NCBI GenBank assembly: GCA_040772485.1
Contig: JAXGYC010000007.1
Coordinates: 416,001-480,000 of the forward strand
Source of the DNA: Sedimentisphaerales bacterium
GTDB taxonomy: Bacteria > Planctomycetota > Phycisphaerae > Sedimentisphaerales > Anaerobacaceae
Length of the DNA stretch: 64,000 nt
Reading direction: 5' to 3'
Position 1 is the first letter of the stretch; each line of letters starts with the position of its first letter. Below are positions 24,206 through 34,142 of the stretch, piece after piece. Under the pieces are notes generated by a model. The model was not told the origin of the DNA, made no database searches, and worked only from the letters and a program-made list of their open reading frames with translations. The position numbers and the translations under genes were made by a program.

Positions 24206-25744
24206 TCAGGATTCGTTCTCACTGATGGTCGTCTCAATGATGCCGACCGTCCGGTTCTTCGTCGTGAAATACGTCCGGGCGACCCGCTGGACGTCCTCGG
24301 CCGTGACACGGTCGATCTGTTCGAGCTGCTTGAACAGATTCCGCCAGTCGCCCGTCAGAACCTCATAAAACGTCAGCAGTTCGGCCAGACCCGAGTTGGA
24401 GTCGAGTTGTCGAATCAGGGCGGCGCGGGCCCGCGTCTTGGCCTTTTCAAGCTCCTGCTCGGTGACCGGCTCGCTGCGGAGACGCTCGATCTCCGCGTAG
24501 ATCGCCTGTTCGCACTCCTGGTTCGTGTGGCCTCTGGCCGGCATGGCGTAGAACAGGAACAGCCCCGGATACTTCTGCCCCGGCATGCCCTGGAAGCCGG
24601 ACGTCGCCATCGCAATCTTCTTGTCCCGGACGAGACTGCGATAGAGCCGCGACGTGCGTCCGGTTCCTATGATGTCCGTGATGGCGTCGAACACGGCGTT
24701 ATCCTCGTGGTTGATGCTCGGCTTGTGGTAGCCGATCAACACGAACGGCTGGGCCGGATCCTCCACGACGACGCGGCGTTCGCCCGGCTGAGGCGGTTCC
24801 ACGGTCTCGACCGGGTCCGCCGCCGGACGGCAGGGAATCCGCCCGAAATACTCCTGGGCCAGCGTCTGGACGCGAGCCGGATCGACGTCGCCGACGATCG
24901 CCATCGTCAGGTTGCTCGGACCATAGTGCGCTCGGAAGAACGCTTCGGCTTCCGCACGGGTAATGGCCTCGACGTCGCTCATGTGCCCGATGACAGGCGC
25001 GCCATAGGGGTGCGCCTTGTAGGCCACCGCCAGAAACTCCTCCAGCAGCTTGCCGACCGGCTGCGTCTCCGTCCGAAGCCGGCGCTCCTCCATCACGACG
25101 TTCTTCTCTTTGTAGAACTCACGCAGGACCGGATTGAGAAAGCGATCCGACTCCAGCAGCATCCAGAGTTCGAGCTTGTTCGAAGGGAGGCTCACGAAGT
25201 AGACGGTATAGTCGGAACTGGTCCCAGCGTTGAGCCCCACGCCGCCGGCCTGCTTGAGGATCTCGTCGAATTCATCGTGGACAAGATACTGCTGGGCCTC
25301 CCGCTGCGCCTCCTCGAACTGCCGGTGGAGCTGGGCCATCCGCTGTTCGTTGACCGCGCCGGGCCTGGCCTTCTCGGCCTTGATCGCCTCAAACGCCTCG
25401 TCGATTTTCGCGAGCGCTTTGGCCTCAGCCTGGTAATCCTTCGTCCCAATCGTTTGTGTGCCCTTGAAGGCCATGTGCTCGAAGACGTGCGCCAGGCCCG
25501 TGATGCCGGTGACCTCGTCGACCGCCCCGACGTTGGCGTGCGTATAGCACGTCACCACCGGGGCCTCGCGCCGCTGGAGCACGATGAACCGCAGCCCATT
25601 GTCCAGCGTGAACTGCGTCACGCGCGACTCGAACTCCGCCAGGTCCTGCGCGATGCCGGCGCAGGCGATCGACAGCACCACGACCAGCGCCAGCAGCGCC
25701 GCAGACCATGCAGCCCCGCCATGCCTTCTATCTGCTCGTCCCAT
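24206..25744 (-). CDS. M16 family (pitrilysin-like) peptidase, catalytic subunit
   Basis: TGLAHVFEHMAFKGT (HxxEH), NAGTSSDYTVY, VVMEERR, HPYGAPVIG; signal peptide. Confidence 0.92.
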   Translation of the reverse strand: MGRADRRHGGAAWSAALLALVVVLSIACAGIAQDLAEFESRVTQFTLDNGLRFIVLQRREAPVVTCYTHANVGAVDEVTGITGLAHVFEHMAFKGTQTIGTKDYQAEAKALAKIDEAFEAIKAEKARPGAVNEQRMAQLHRQFEEAQREAQQYLVHDEFDEILKQAGGVGLNAGTSSDYTVYFVSLPSNKLELWMLLESDRFLNPVLREFYKEKNVVMEERRLRTETQPVGKLLEEFLAVAYKAHPYGAPVIGHMSDVEAITRAEAEAFFRAHYGPSNLTMAIVGDVDPARVQTLAQEYFGRIPCRPAADPVETVEPPQPGERRVVVEDPAQPFVLIGYHKPSINHEDNAVFDAITDIIGTGRTSRLYRSLVRDKKIAMATSGFQGMPGQKYPGLFLFYAMPARGHTNQECEQAIYAEIERLRSEPVTEQELEKAKTRARAALIRQLDSNSGLAELLTFYEVLTGDWRNLFKQLEQIDRVTAEDVQRVARTYFTTKNRTVGIIETTISENES

Positions 25745-25815
25745 CTCATGTCTCCTCAAACCGCGTCGATTGGGAAGAATCCTCACTTGAGATCGCCCCA
25801 GGTTGCGGGCGTCGC

Positions 25816-28476
25816 TCAGTTATACGTGAAATACACGGTGGCCTTGCAGGCGCGGTCCACCCGCACCCGGACCCAGTGGGCGGAATAGCCATCGGGAAAC
25901 TCGTGGTGCCGGTAGCCCTTGCGGAAGCGGAAGACCTGGTACCGGTGCCAACTGCCGTCGCCGAGGAAGTCCACCTCCAGGTCGAACGTCACGTTCTCCT
26001 CGTTGTCGTGGGCCAGGTGCACTACCTTCTTGTCGAAGCCGGTCATGAGGAAGGGGTCCGAGACCTCCTGTGCCTGCACTGGCGTATCCCACCAGGGCCC
26101 GCCCCAGCCGGTCGGCTTGCCCATCTGCCACAGGTCGTCGAGGTCGCCGAACCACAGGCCGGATTGCGGCTGGCCCTGATCGTGATCGATCTGATCCGAA
26201 GCCATCACGAACAGCCCGCGCCAGTGGCAGAAATCCGGGACCACCCGCAAGTGCGAGCAGATCGGCCGGATGCCCCAGATGTGGCCGCCATAGGCGAGCG
26301 CCGGCAATTCATAGAACGTCCCATGCACGTCCATGAGCAACCGTTCGGTCACTGCGTGACGAATCCGCGTCCATTCGGTGTTCCAGGCATGATCCCAACT
26401 GTGGCTGGACTTCGGCAGCAGATAGCGCTGCCACGTGCCGTTGACCAGGACACGCAGCACGACGCTCGATCGCGTCCAGCCCGTCGCGTAGAGCGTGTTT
26501 CCGCCATAGGAACTGTCGCCCGCACTGGCGTGGACTTCGACGAAGGGGCTGCGCTCGATGATGGTCCATTTCTCGCCGTCCCATTGGCCCAGGCGCCCGG
26601 CCCGGCGACGCTCCAGGAATTCCTGCTCGTCGTACGTGTTATTGGCGACTACGACACGGTTCTGGGCCGTGAAGGCGCTCTTGAAGTGCTCTTTGGCCCC
26701 GGCAATCTCCAACTCCTTGCGCAGGTCGAACAGGTGCGTCACTTCGAGGCTGCGGACATCCACCTCCCAGAAGCCCCCTTCCATGCCCAGGAAATAGACC
26801 TTGTTCTGCGGTTCCTTCAGATGCTCGCACGTGGCGCACAACCGGTAGTTCCTGAGTCCCTCGATCATGCGGACGTTGCCATCGATATCGATCGCGTACG
26901 GCCCGATGAACGCCTGCCCGCTGGGCCAGTGCGCGAACCGGTTGGCGAAGGTGCCGGTCAGCGACACCGAAGCCGGGTGACGCCGCATCGTCATGTCTTC
27001 GCCGATCTCGTAGAGGCCAATCCCCTGGCCTCGAATATGCGCGACGTAGCCCACCGCCCAAAGCTTGTCTGCCCACGGGATCAGCGCGCCGATGCCTGCT
27101 TCGGAGTTGCTGCCCAGCCCGTGGGCCATCACCGTCATCTGCGGAAAAACACCATCGACCTGGACAGGTTGCGCGGGCGTGATTCCCTCTCTCGCTGCCG
27201 GCTCGTCGAGGCGTTCCAGATAGACGCGGATCGCCCTGGCAAGACTTCGACCGAACGTGCGGGCGCTCTCGGCGGTTACCGGCTGACCTCCGGCGTTGGC
27301 ATACGGGATCTCGAACGTTGCCGAGAGGCGGAGGTCCTCGATGTCCGCCGCCCATCGGCTGAAACTCCGCCCCGCGCTGAAATTGCCCGACGTATTCCAC
27401 GCCTTGCCGAAGGGCAGATTGTCAGAGGCGCGGTAAACCAGCGGACCGCGCTGGACCTCTTCGAGCAGCCGCCCGAACTGTCGCTGCTCCTGCCACATGC
27501 GTTCGTCGGAATGCCCCGGGATGTAGATCACTTCGTTGTACTCACCCCGAATGTAAGGACAGTGCAGATCGAACGCGGCACGAAGCCTGCCGTTTGACCA
27601 ATTCGGTACGAACGTCCGCAGCGCGGCAACGGAAGGATAGACGCTGGGACCGATGTAGTCGCGGTTGTGGTCGCGCCCGTTGCGGTTCTTGCCCTGGTCG
27701 CCCGCTTCGACGCCATCTTTGTCTACGAATGGAATCGCCAGGACCTCGACGTTCCGCCGGAACCACTGACCATCGTCGCTGTCGGACAGGACGATGTCGA
27801 GGACGCCTTCCAGAACGAAGCTGGCTGTCGATTCACAGGCGTGGTGTCGGGCGGCCAGCAGGACTCTAAATCGCGGATCGCCGTTGAGCTGCCCCGCATG
27901 AATCCGCTCGACCGACCGGCCGCTCTGGGTCTTACAGAGTTCGTCGACACGAAGATTCGCGTGATCCGCGAAGCCCGCGATGAATTCCTTCAGGTTCGCT
28001 TCGACATAGGGTATTGCGAAGCAGAATCGCACCTCTGCGGCATCCCGCGGGAACGCGTATGCGAACGAGCTGGCCTTCACAGCGTCGGTTCCGAGCCATG
28101 ACCAGGTCCGGCCTTGGTCGGTGCTGACCGCCGGACCGCGAACGCCGATCGGGTTCTCACCGCTGAACCGAAACGTCAGCGTCCGACCCTGCGCCCCTGC
28201 GACGCGGAAGTTCCAGTAAAACCACCAGCCCTGCGTGTCGCGCAGGTCGGGCCCGAGGTAAATGGCATCCCCCTCCATCCGCTCGACCACGATATTGCCG
28301 CCCGGATAGTTCGCATCGACCGTCACGCGATTCGAGACCTGTCCCAAGGCTGCCGGCAGCTCCAGGGCCAGAGCAGACAGAGCAAGGACGAGGATCGTTG
28401 TACGCATGGCAGGTGATGCCAGAAGCCGTCCGCAGAAAGCTCGCAGGAGGACGCCAAACCGATATGAGCACGCCAT
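25816..28476 (-). CDS. Secreted fusion: M14 zinc carboxypeptidase-like domain plus uncharacterised C-terminal domain of about 500 aa
   Basis: PDLRDTQGWWFYWNF, ARHHACES (HxxE), PFVDKDGV, GKNRNGRDHNRDY, DLHCP, TFEIPY. Linker around AAREGITPAQP. Start chosen from the RBS and promoter (alternative 28407). Confidence 0.75.
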   Translation of the reverse strand: MACSYRFGVLLRAFCGRLLASPAMRTTILVLALSALALELPAALGQVSNRVTVDANYPGGNIVVERMEGDAIYLGPDLRDTQGWWFYWNFRVAGAQGRTLTFRFSGENPIGVRGPAVSTDQGRTWSWLGTDAVKASSFAYAFPRDAAEVRFCFAIPYVEANLKEFIAGFADHANLRVDELCKTQSGRSVERIHAGQLNGDPRFRVLLAARHHACESTASFVLEGVLDIVLSDSDDGQWFRRNVEVLAIPFVDKDGVEAGDQGKNRNGRDHNRDYIGPSVYPSVAALRTFVPNWSNGRLRAAFDLHCPYIRGEYNEVIYIPGHSDERMWQEQRQFGRLLEEVQRGPLVYRASDNLPFGKAWNTSGNFSAGRSFSRWAADIEDLRLSATFEIPYANAGGQPVTAESARTFGRSLARAIRVYLERLDEPAAREGITPAQPVQVDGVFPQMTVMAHGLGSNSEAGIGALIPWADKLWAVGYVAHIRGQGIGLYEIGEDMTMRRHPASVSLTGTFANRFAHWPSGQAFIGPYAIDIDGNVRMIEGLRNYRLCATCEHLKEPQNKVYFLGMEGGFWEVDVRSLEVTHLFDLRKELEIAGAKEHFKSAFTAQNRVVVANNTYDEQEFLERRRAGRLGQWDGEKWTIIERSPFVEVHASAGDSSYGGNTLYATGWTRSSVVLRVLVNGTWQRYLLPKSSHSWDHAWNTEWTRIRHAVTERLLMDVHGTFYELPALAYGGHIWGIRPICSHLRVVPDFCHWRGLFVMASDQIDHDQGQPQSGLWFGDLDDLWQMGKPTGWGGPWWDTPVQAQEVSDPFLMTGFDKKVVHLAHDNEENVTFDLEVDFLGDGSWHRYQVFRFRKGYRHHEFPDGYSAHWVRVRVDRACKATVYFTYN

Positions 28477-28542
28477 TTGATTCCCTTCCTGTGGATCGTC
28501 TGATATCCCGTCGGCTCGATACTCCTTACCGTCCGACGGCAC

Positions 28543-28571
28543 ACTATACCCGGCAGTATCGACCCTGTCAA
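28543..28571 (-). promoter_or_regulatory. sigma70-type promoter for the M14 fusion (and possibly the M16/sulfatase genes)
   Basis: Minus strand TTGACA-N17-TATAGT. Confidence 0.7.
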
Positions 28572-28675
28572 TCGCTCCGACATCCCGGATGTGAACGATG
28601 CCCCACATGCGACTTGGCGCGGTCTCTGCTTGCGATCGTTCCCGGCGCGAGGCAATATCGCAGAAGGAGGTTTCT

Positions 28676-30292
28676 ATGGGCTTTCAAGCCAAGGCACCTG
28701 TGCTGTTGTCGATCGCCGCCCTGACGGGGTTGCCCTGGACCCGTCCGGCGGACGGCCAAATCGCGCCGCCGACGGGGCTTCGCGACCTGGTGGTCTTTGT
28801 CGCCAGAGAAAAGCCCGACCTGTACCGGCTGGTGGGACAGGAGCCCGTTCCGTACGGTACCGCCAGGTTCCACAATCCCAAGGCCATCGTCGCCGATGCG
28901 CAACGAGGATGTCTCTACGTCATCGACGAACCCAGGTTGCTGACGGAGAAGGTAAAGTTGTGGCGCATCGCCGGCGATGGATCGGCGCAAGTCGTTCTCC
29001 AGGCCGACACCGCCAAGGGGGGCGGTCCATTCGGGCTGGATGTGGGCTTGGGCCTCGACGATCAAGGCCGGCCCCTGATCGCCGACCGCGATTCCGGCCT
29101 GTGGCGTCTGAACGCCAACGGGCAATTGCAGCAACTGCTCGAGAGCAAGGACAAGCCTCTGATCCGTATGACGGCGGTGACCGGTGCGGGGAATGGATGG
29201 CTGGTCGCAACCAGCTATCTCCACGAGACCTCACAGAACTCCGCCGGAATGATCCTGATCCATAGGAACCTGGGCGGGCTCTTTCGGATCGCCCCGCAGA
29301 CGAATCCCTCCGCCGCAGCCTGCTTGGTTGAGAACCGCTGGCCCGGCAGTGAGGAATACGACACGTACTGGCGAAGGCCGACTCACCTGTTCATCGATGC
29401 GTCCGGTCGGATCGTCCTCGTGGACGCCGGCAGCACACGAACGAGCAAGGAGCCTGTCTATACGGGCGCCCAACGCCGTAGCCAATACTCCTTGCAGCGA
29501 GTCACGACATCGATTATCGGTGGAGGCGTCTTCATCCGCCATCCGGATGGGCGGTTCGAGGATCTCACCTTCAAAACCCCTGACGAAAGCTCGGGACCGC
29601 TGCGCCGTCCGACCGGGGCCGCGCAATGGTCCGACGACACGTATGTCGTCGCCGATCCGGAAATGTACGTCGAGGGCATCAATGGCGCCGGCGGACTGCT
29701 GCTGAAGCTCGACGGCTCGCGCGAGGCGAGATGGCCGTTCGGCTACCATATCCAACCCGTCGGCGTCGCCATCCTGCGAGGCGCCGGCACGCCTGCCCAG
29801 GCCACACCTGTCAGACCGGTCCGGATCGAGGACCTTGCGGGCGTCCACACCGCCGGAAGAATCGCCCGCATCGAAAGCGTCTCCTGGGAATGCAAGCCCG
29901 CGAACACGAACGACCCGGTGATCGGGATCGGAATGGGTTGGGACGCCCAGCCCCGCGACAAGGCCGAGGCCAAATTGCGCGAGGTCTTCGAAGGCGCCCG
30001 ATGGGCCATTGCGGCTGACGGCACGCTCGGCTTCTGTGCCAATGGCGTCGATACTCAGGCCGAGGGAACTCCGCTGGTCATGAACGGCAAGGTGACCGCG
30101 ACCGGCCAACTGCTTACGGCTCTGGCGCACTATCGCGGCAAGAGCATGTTCGATACCCAGGTCGGCTCCGTGGACGCTCGCCTGCGCAGCGGCGACGAAC
30201 CGGGCACGATCGAGATGGACGTGACGATCAACGTCTTCACCAAGACCGAGCGGCTCAAAGGCGCCTTCACCCAGGCAATGCCCATCAAGTAG
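28676..30292 (+). CDS. Secreted hypothetical protein with NHL/beta-propeller-like N-terminal region
   Basis: AGGAGG RBS, signal peptide. Repeats FHNPKAIVAD, GLGLDDQGRPLIAD, RPTHLFIDASGRIVLVD, RPTGAAQ...YVVAD. Confidence 0.6.
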   Translation: MGFQAKAPVLLSIAALTGLPWTRPADGQIAPPTGLRDLVVFVAREKPDLYRLVGQEPVPYGTARFHNPKAIVADAQRGCLYVIDEPRLLTEKVKLWRIAGDGSAQVVLQADTAKGGGPFGLDVGLGLDDQGRPLIADRDSGLWRLNANGQLQQLLESKDKPLIRMTAVTGAGNGWLVATSYLHETSQNSAGMILIHRNLGGLFRIAPQTNPSAAACLVENRWPGSEEYDTYWRRPTHLFIDASGRIVLVDAGSTRTSKEPVYTGAQRRSQYSLQRVTTSIIGGGVFIRHPDGRFEDLTFKTPDESSGPLRRPTGAAQWSDDTYVVADPEMYVEGINGAGGLLLKLDGSREARWPFGYHIQPVGVAILRGAGTPAQATPVRPVRIEDLAGVHTAGRIARIESVSWECKPANTNDPVIGIGMGWDAQPRDKAEAKLREVFEGARWAIAADGTLGFCANGVDTQAEGTPLVMNGKVTATGQLLTALAHYRGKSMFDTQVGSVDARLRSGDEPGTIEMDVTINVFTKTERLKGAFTQAMPIK

Positions 30293-30322
30293 GATCCGCA
30301 GGTCCCCTTCTCACGCTGTCTC

Positions 30323-31843
30323 TTACCACATCGGGTCCCAGACGGGCAGCTTCTCGGCGGGCAGTTCGAGAACTCTGCGCACCTCGTCGGGCACGTAGTC
30401 GCGATGCACGATGATGTTGTAGACGTTGTCGACGAACCAGTCGTCGTACATGGTCCAGAGTCCGCCGCTGCCGCGGTCGCTGCCCCAACTGTTCTCCACG
30501 AGCCACTTGACCGGCTGGCCGTCCGCCAGGTCGACGCCGATGAACGCCATGCCGTGGTTGATCGTGCTGTCGCGGAACAGCAGCCGCTCGGTCTTGTTCA
30601 GGCCCATTTCAAGGGCGTAGATAGATTCGTAGTCGTACAGATTGCGGGCCATGATGCCGGCCTTGCTGTCCTGGTCGGGCGAGACGTCGGCCGCGAAATA
30701 CACCGGCTTGTTGTCCAGCAGAACCTTCACGACGAGGTCTTTCAGCGTCTGAAGGTCCACGTTGGCGTAGTGGGCGTTCTGCCCATCGTAGAGGTTCTTG
30801 GTCAGTTGGACTTCGTAATGGCCGCCTTTGGGCCGGATCGGGTCGTCCGCGACGTTGACGTACTGGCTCAGGTCCAGGCCGACGAACTCGCTGTAGAACG
30901 CCTGGGGCGTGAAGATGCGAAGCTCGCTCCAGTCCTGTTCCACGTCGTAGTCATCCTGCGGCTCTTCGGCCGCTTCGTCTTCCTCTTTCTCCTCGTCCCG
31001 GGCTTCGTCCCCATCCTCGCTTTCGTCCTCTTCCTTGTCGGCCTGCTTCTTGTCTTCCTTATCGCCTTTGTCCTTGGCCTTGTGGCGCCACGCGAATTCC
31101 TGGGGCGGCTCTCCCAGATTCAGGACCAGCACGCGGTACACCTCCGCGAGCATCCCGGGCTTGGCCTCGCGCATCTTGCGGACCGAGCCGGTCTCCTTGT
31201 AGATCTCGCGCAGCTCCACGGCGTCCTTGCGCAGGATTCGCGACAGGGCCCGATTCATCATGCCGGTATTCTCCGAGCTGGCGGTCTCGGCCATCGCCTC
31301 TCTCGGCAGCACGCCGTACTTGGTGACGAGGTCCACGAAGTTCTCCCAGTACCCGCCGTCCGGGGCCGGGTCTTTCAGCAGGAAGACCACATCGCGATCC
31401 TGGATATCGCGGTCGCGATACTCGATCATGTATTCGAGGAACGCGTTGGCCTTCTCCATCTTGTCCCAGAACTGAAGGTAGATGTGCGAGAACTCGAAGT
31501 CGTCCAGATCGAGCTTGTTCAGCACCACCGGCTTGATCGTGTTGAAACCGGCAAACATCCAGCACCGTCCGCTGCTCTTCTGATTGCTGATGCCTGTGGT
31601 CTTGATCTTGTGGCTGAACTGCTTGTTGTGGGCCGCGAGGATTTCGCGGTTCTCGGCGATGTCGCGGATGCCCGTGCTGGTCAGCGCGTTGCGCATCGCC
31701 CGCGCATGGGCGTCCATCTGGAAGTCGCTTCGAATCCGCTCGATCTGCGCCGGCGTCAGTGCCCCGTCCTGGGCCGTCGCCACCACCGCCAGGCCGATTC
31801 CCACCACCAGCACAACCCACAAACGCATCCTCGAATCTCTCAT
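30323..31843 (-). CDS. pepC: Secreted C1B cysteine aminopeptidase (PepC/bleomycin hydrolase family)
   Basis: NQKSSGRCWMFAG (catalytic Cys), FWDKMEKAN, NHGM (His), WLVENSWG (Asn), C-terminal WDPMW. Confidence 0.92.
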   Translation of the reverse strand: MRDSRMRLWVVLVVGIGLAVVATAQDGALTPAQIERIRSDFQMDAHARAMRNALTSTGIRDIAENREILAAHNKQFSHKIKTTGISNQKSSGRCWMFAGFNTIKPVVLNKLDLDDFEFSHIYLQFWDKMEKANAFLEYMIEYRDRDIQDRDVVFLLKDPAPDGGYWENFVDLVTKYGVLPREAMAETASSENTGMMNRALSRILRKDAVELREIYKETGSVRKMREAKPGMLAEVYRVLVLNLGEPPQEFAWRHKAKDKGDKEDKKQADKEEDESEDGDEARDEEKEEDEAAEEPQDDYDVEQDWSELRIFTPQAFYSEFVGLDLSQYVNVADDPIRPKGGHYEVQLTKNLYDGQNAHYANVDLQTLKDLVVKVLLDNKPVYFAADVSPDQDSKAGIMARNLYDYESIYALEMGLNKTERLLFRDSTINHGMAFIGVDLADGQPVKWLVENSWGSDRGSGGLWTMYDDWFVDNVYNIIVHRDYVPDEVRRVLELPAEKLPVWDPMW

Positions 31844-32123
31844 GTGAAGCCTCCAAGAACCAGCGGTGACGTTGATCTTTCTGCACTCAAGTTGCGATGG
31901 CCGTCGCGTCCGACCCGCCGCCGGCCGCCGGTGCCACTATCGTCCAGCAACCGCACTCCTGTCAACCCTCATCCAGGGTCAATTCCGCTCGGGTGACACA
32001 CCGAACGCAGGGGCCGGCGTCCTGGCCATGTGGAATCGATAGCCGCACGCTTTCTGTTGACGCTATGACAGGGCTGCCATAGGATTGGGTTCGATAATCT
32101 CTTCGACCGTGAAAGGCCAGACT

Positions 32124-32672
32124 ATGGATGCGTGCAACAGCGAGAAAGTGAATCGATCCGGCGGCCTGCCTGGACGCTTGGTGCGCGGCGGCACAATCAC
32201 GAATCTCATCTTCGCCGCGGTCTTCTTCGGGCTGCTCGCCCTCGGGGTCCTCTGGATTCTCAAGATGGTCGGCCAGGCGGGCCAGCAGTACTCGACCGCC
32301 ATGATCCAGACCAGCCAAAAGGCCTCGGCGCTGCAATGCCAGAACAACCTGCGCACCATCTGGCAGAGCCTTCACATGTATGCCATCAGCAACGAAAGCC
32401 TGCCGCCGACGCAGCAGGCGCTGATCGACACCTGCGGCTACGGCTCCCGCCTGTTCCACTGCGCCGAGCCCAACGCACCCCAGTACGTCTACATCGCCGG
32501 CCAGACCCTGGACATGGCGCCGACAAACGTGTTGCTGTATGAGCCGGAACCGGTCCACGAAGGCAAGTGCAGCGTGCTCTTCCTGGACGGCCGGACCGCC
32601 CTGCTGGAGCCGGACGAGTTGAGGCTTGCGGTGGAGGCGACCATCGCCGGCCTCAAGCAACGACGGAGGTAA
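32124..32672 (+). CDS. Pseudopilin-like H-X9-DG domain protein (DUF1559-like)
   Basis: Degenerate prepilin N-terminus RGGTITNLIFAAVFFGLL, CQNNLRTIWQSLHMYA, and HEGKCSVLFLDG (H-X9-DG). Confidence 0.75.
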   Translation: MDACNSEKVNRSGGLPGRLVRGGTITNLIFAAVFFGLLALGVLWILKMVGQAGQQYSTAMIQTSQKASALQCQNNLRTIWQSLHMYAISNESLPPTQQALIDTCGYGSRLFHCAEPNAPQYVYIAGQTLDMAPTNVLLYEPEPVHEGKCSVLFLDGRTALLEPDELRLAVEATIAGLKQRRR

Positions 32673-32679
32673 TCAGCGA

Positions 32680-33150
32680 TCAACCAATGCGGCCAACCAT
32701 CCGGCAGAGCGTCTCGAGGTTAATGCGGTCGACCTCGCTGAACGCATCCGGCTGGTCGGAGTCGATATCGAGCACCGCCACGAGCTCGTCCTGCGGCGTG
32801 AGCACGGGCACCACAATCTCCGATCGCGTCGAACTCGAACACGCGATGTAGCCGGGGAACGCGCGAACGTCCGGCACGATCTGCGTCCGGCGCAGGCGAG
32901 CAGCCGCACCGCACACGCCCCGATCGAATGAGATCTCAAGACAACCATGCGGCCCCTGGTACGGACCGACCTTCATCAGTCCCGGCGAGACGACCCGGTA
33001 GAACCCGGTCCAATCGAACCAGCCAAACCGGTGGTGCAACTCGCACGCGACGGTCGCCATGACGGCGATCAGGTCCGTTTCTGCCTCAATCAGCTCGCGT
33101 ATCGCGCCAAGGGTCAGGTCATACAACCGTTGCTTTTCGTTGGGATCCAT
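32680..33150 (-). CDS. msrC: GAF-domain protein, free methionine-R-sulfoxide reductase-like
   Basis: WTGFY, GPYQGPHGCLEISFDRGVCG, IACSSSTRSEIVVPV, VLDIDS. Confidence 0.8.
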   Translation of the reverse strand: MDPNEKQRLYDLTLGAIRELIEAETDLIAVMATVACELHHRFGWFDWTGFYRVVSPGLMKVGPYQGPHGCLEISFDRGVCGAAARLRRTQIVPDVRAFPGYIACSSSTRSEIVVPVLTPQDELVAVLDIDSDQPDAFSEVDRINLETLCRMVGRIG

Positions 33151-33167
33151 AGCTGTCGGAGGCGGGG

Positions 33168-33989
33168 CTATTTGTCGATTGTCCCATCCGCCGCAGATGG
33201 CGGACAGGGATGTGTGAACGGGAGTCTGCCGCCCGGCCACTGCCCTTTGGCCTCGTGCTCCAAAGCGGCGTAGCCTCTGGCCAGTTCGACGACGGCATCG
33301 TCGCTCTGGTCCACGTACAATTCCAGCCAGTGGCCTTCGATTCCCTTACGGGCTACGCGAATCCCTGCGGCCAGACGTCCCCAATGGTCGCCGCCGGCGC
33401 AATCGCCCGCAATCAGCGCCGCCATGAGGCGGTCGGCAAGGCTGCCCTGCGTTTGTTCGTAGGCCCTGGCCATGGCGAAGATGACGTCGCGGCCGACCAG
33501 GGTGTTTCCCTGGCACGCGTAGTATCTGCCGCTGACAGCGCCCCACCATACGCCCGACGGGTCCGCATCCGCAGGGTTGCGATTCGCGGCCCGACCCGAC
33601 ATGTCGATGATGGCCAGTTGCCGCTTGTCCCGACGCGGATCGTCCCGAAGCAGCTCCGCAAGCACCTGTTCAGGCAGACGCCCTTTGGCCAGCAGGTTCA
33701 GCGCACGCTCTCCCCATTCGGGGTTGTGCCAGTGTTGGGTGCAGAACGCGCCGACTCCCGCGCACACATAGGGAACCACCTTGCCCACCGCGGGGTATTT
33801 GCTGGCCACCGCAGCGCCGCAGACGCCCGTGTTGGGGTCGACCGCGACGATGGAGAAGGTCCCGGACACGGCCGCCTGTGTGACGTCCCCTGGATTTCGG
33901 CCGGCTTGCGCCCCAGGCGGAGCCGGGCTCCGTTCGCACCCGCACAGGCCTGCGACAACGATCAGCGATATCCGCAACATCCTCTGCAT
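33168..33989 (-). CDS. DUF1028 (Ntn-hydrolase-like) lipoprotein
   Basis: Lipobox LCGC; TFSIVAVDPNTGVCGAAVAS, RQLAIID, ACQGNTL, LADRLMAALIAG. Confidence 0.8.
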   Translation of the reverse strand: MQRMLRISLIVVAGLCGCERSPAPPGAQAGRNPGDVTQAAVSGTFSIVAVDPNTGVCGAAVASKYPAVGKVVPYVCAGVGAFCTQHWHNPEWGERALNLLAKGRLPEQVLAELLRDDPRRDKRQLAIIDMSGRAANRNPADADPSGVWWGAVSGRYYACQGNTLVGRDVIFAMARAYEQTQGSLADRLMAALIAGDCAGGDHWGRLAAGIRVARKGIEGHWLELYVDQSDDAVVELARGYAALEHEAKGQWPGGRLPFTHPCPPSAADGTIDK

Positions 33990-34142
33990 GGCCTCTATAG
34001 ACCACGCCTGCTGCGGTGTTGTCAAGCGTCCAGTCACATCGACGGGAGGGGCAAAACGCGGACTTGACCGGCCGCAGGCCGGGTGGTACCGTGGACGTGA
34101 GTCGCCATGATCCGTTCACAAGACAATAAGGAGTGGCAAACG

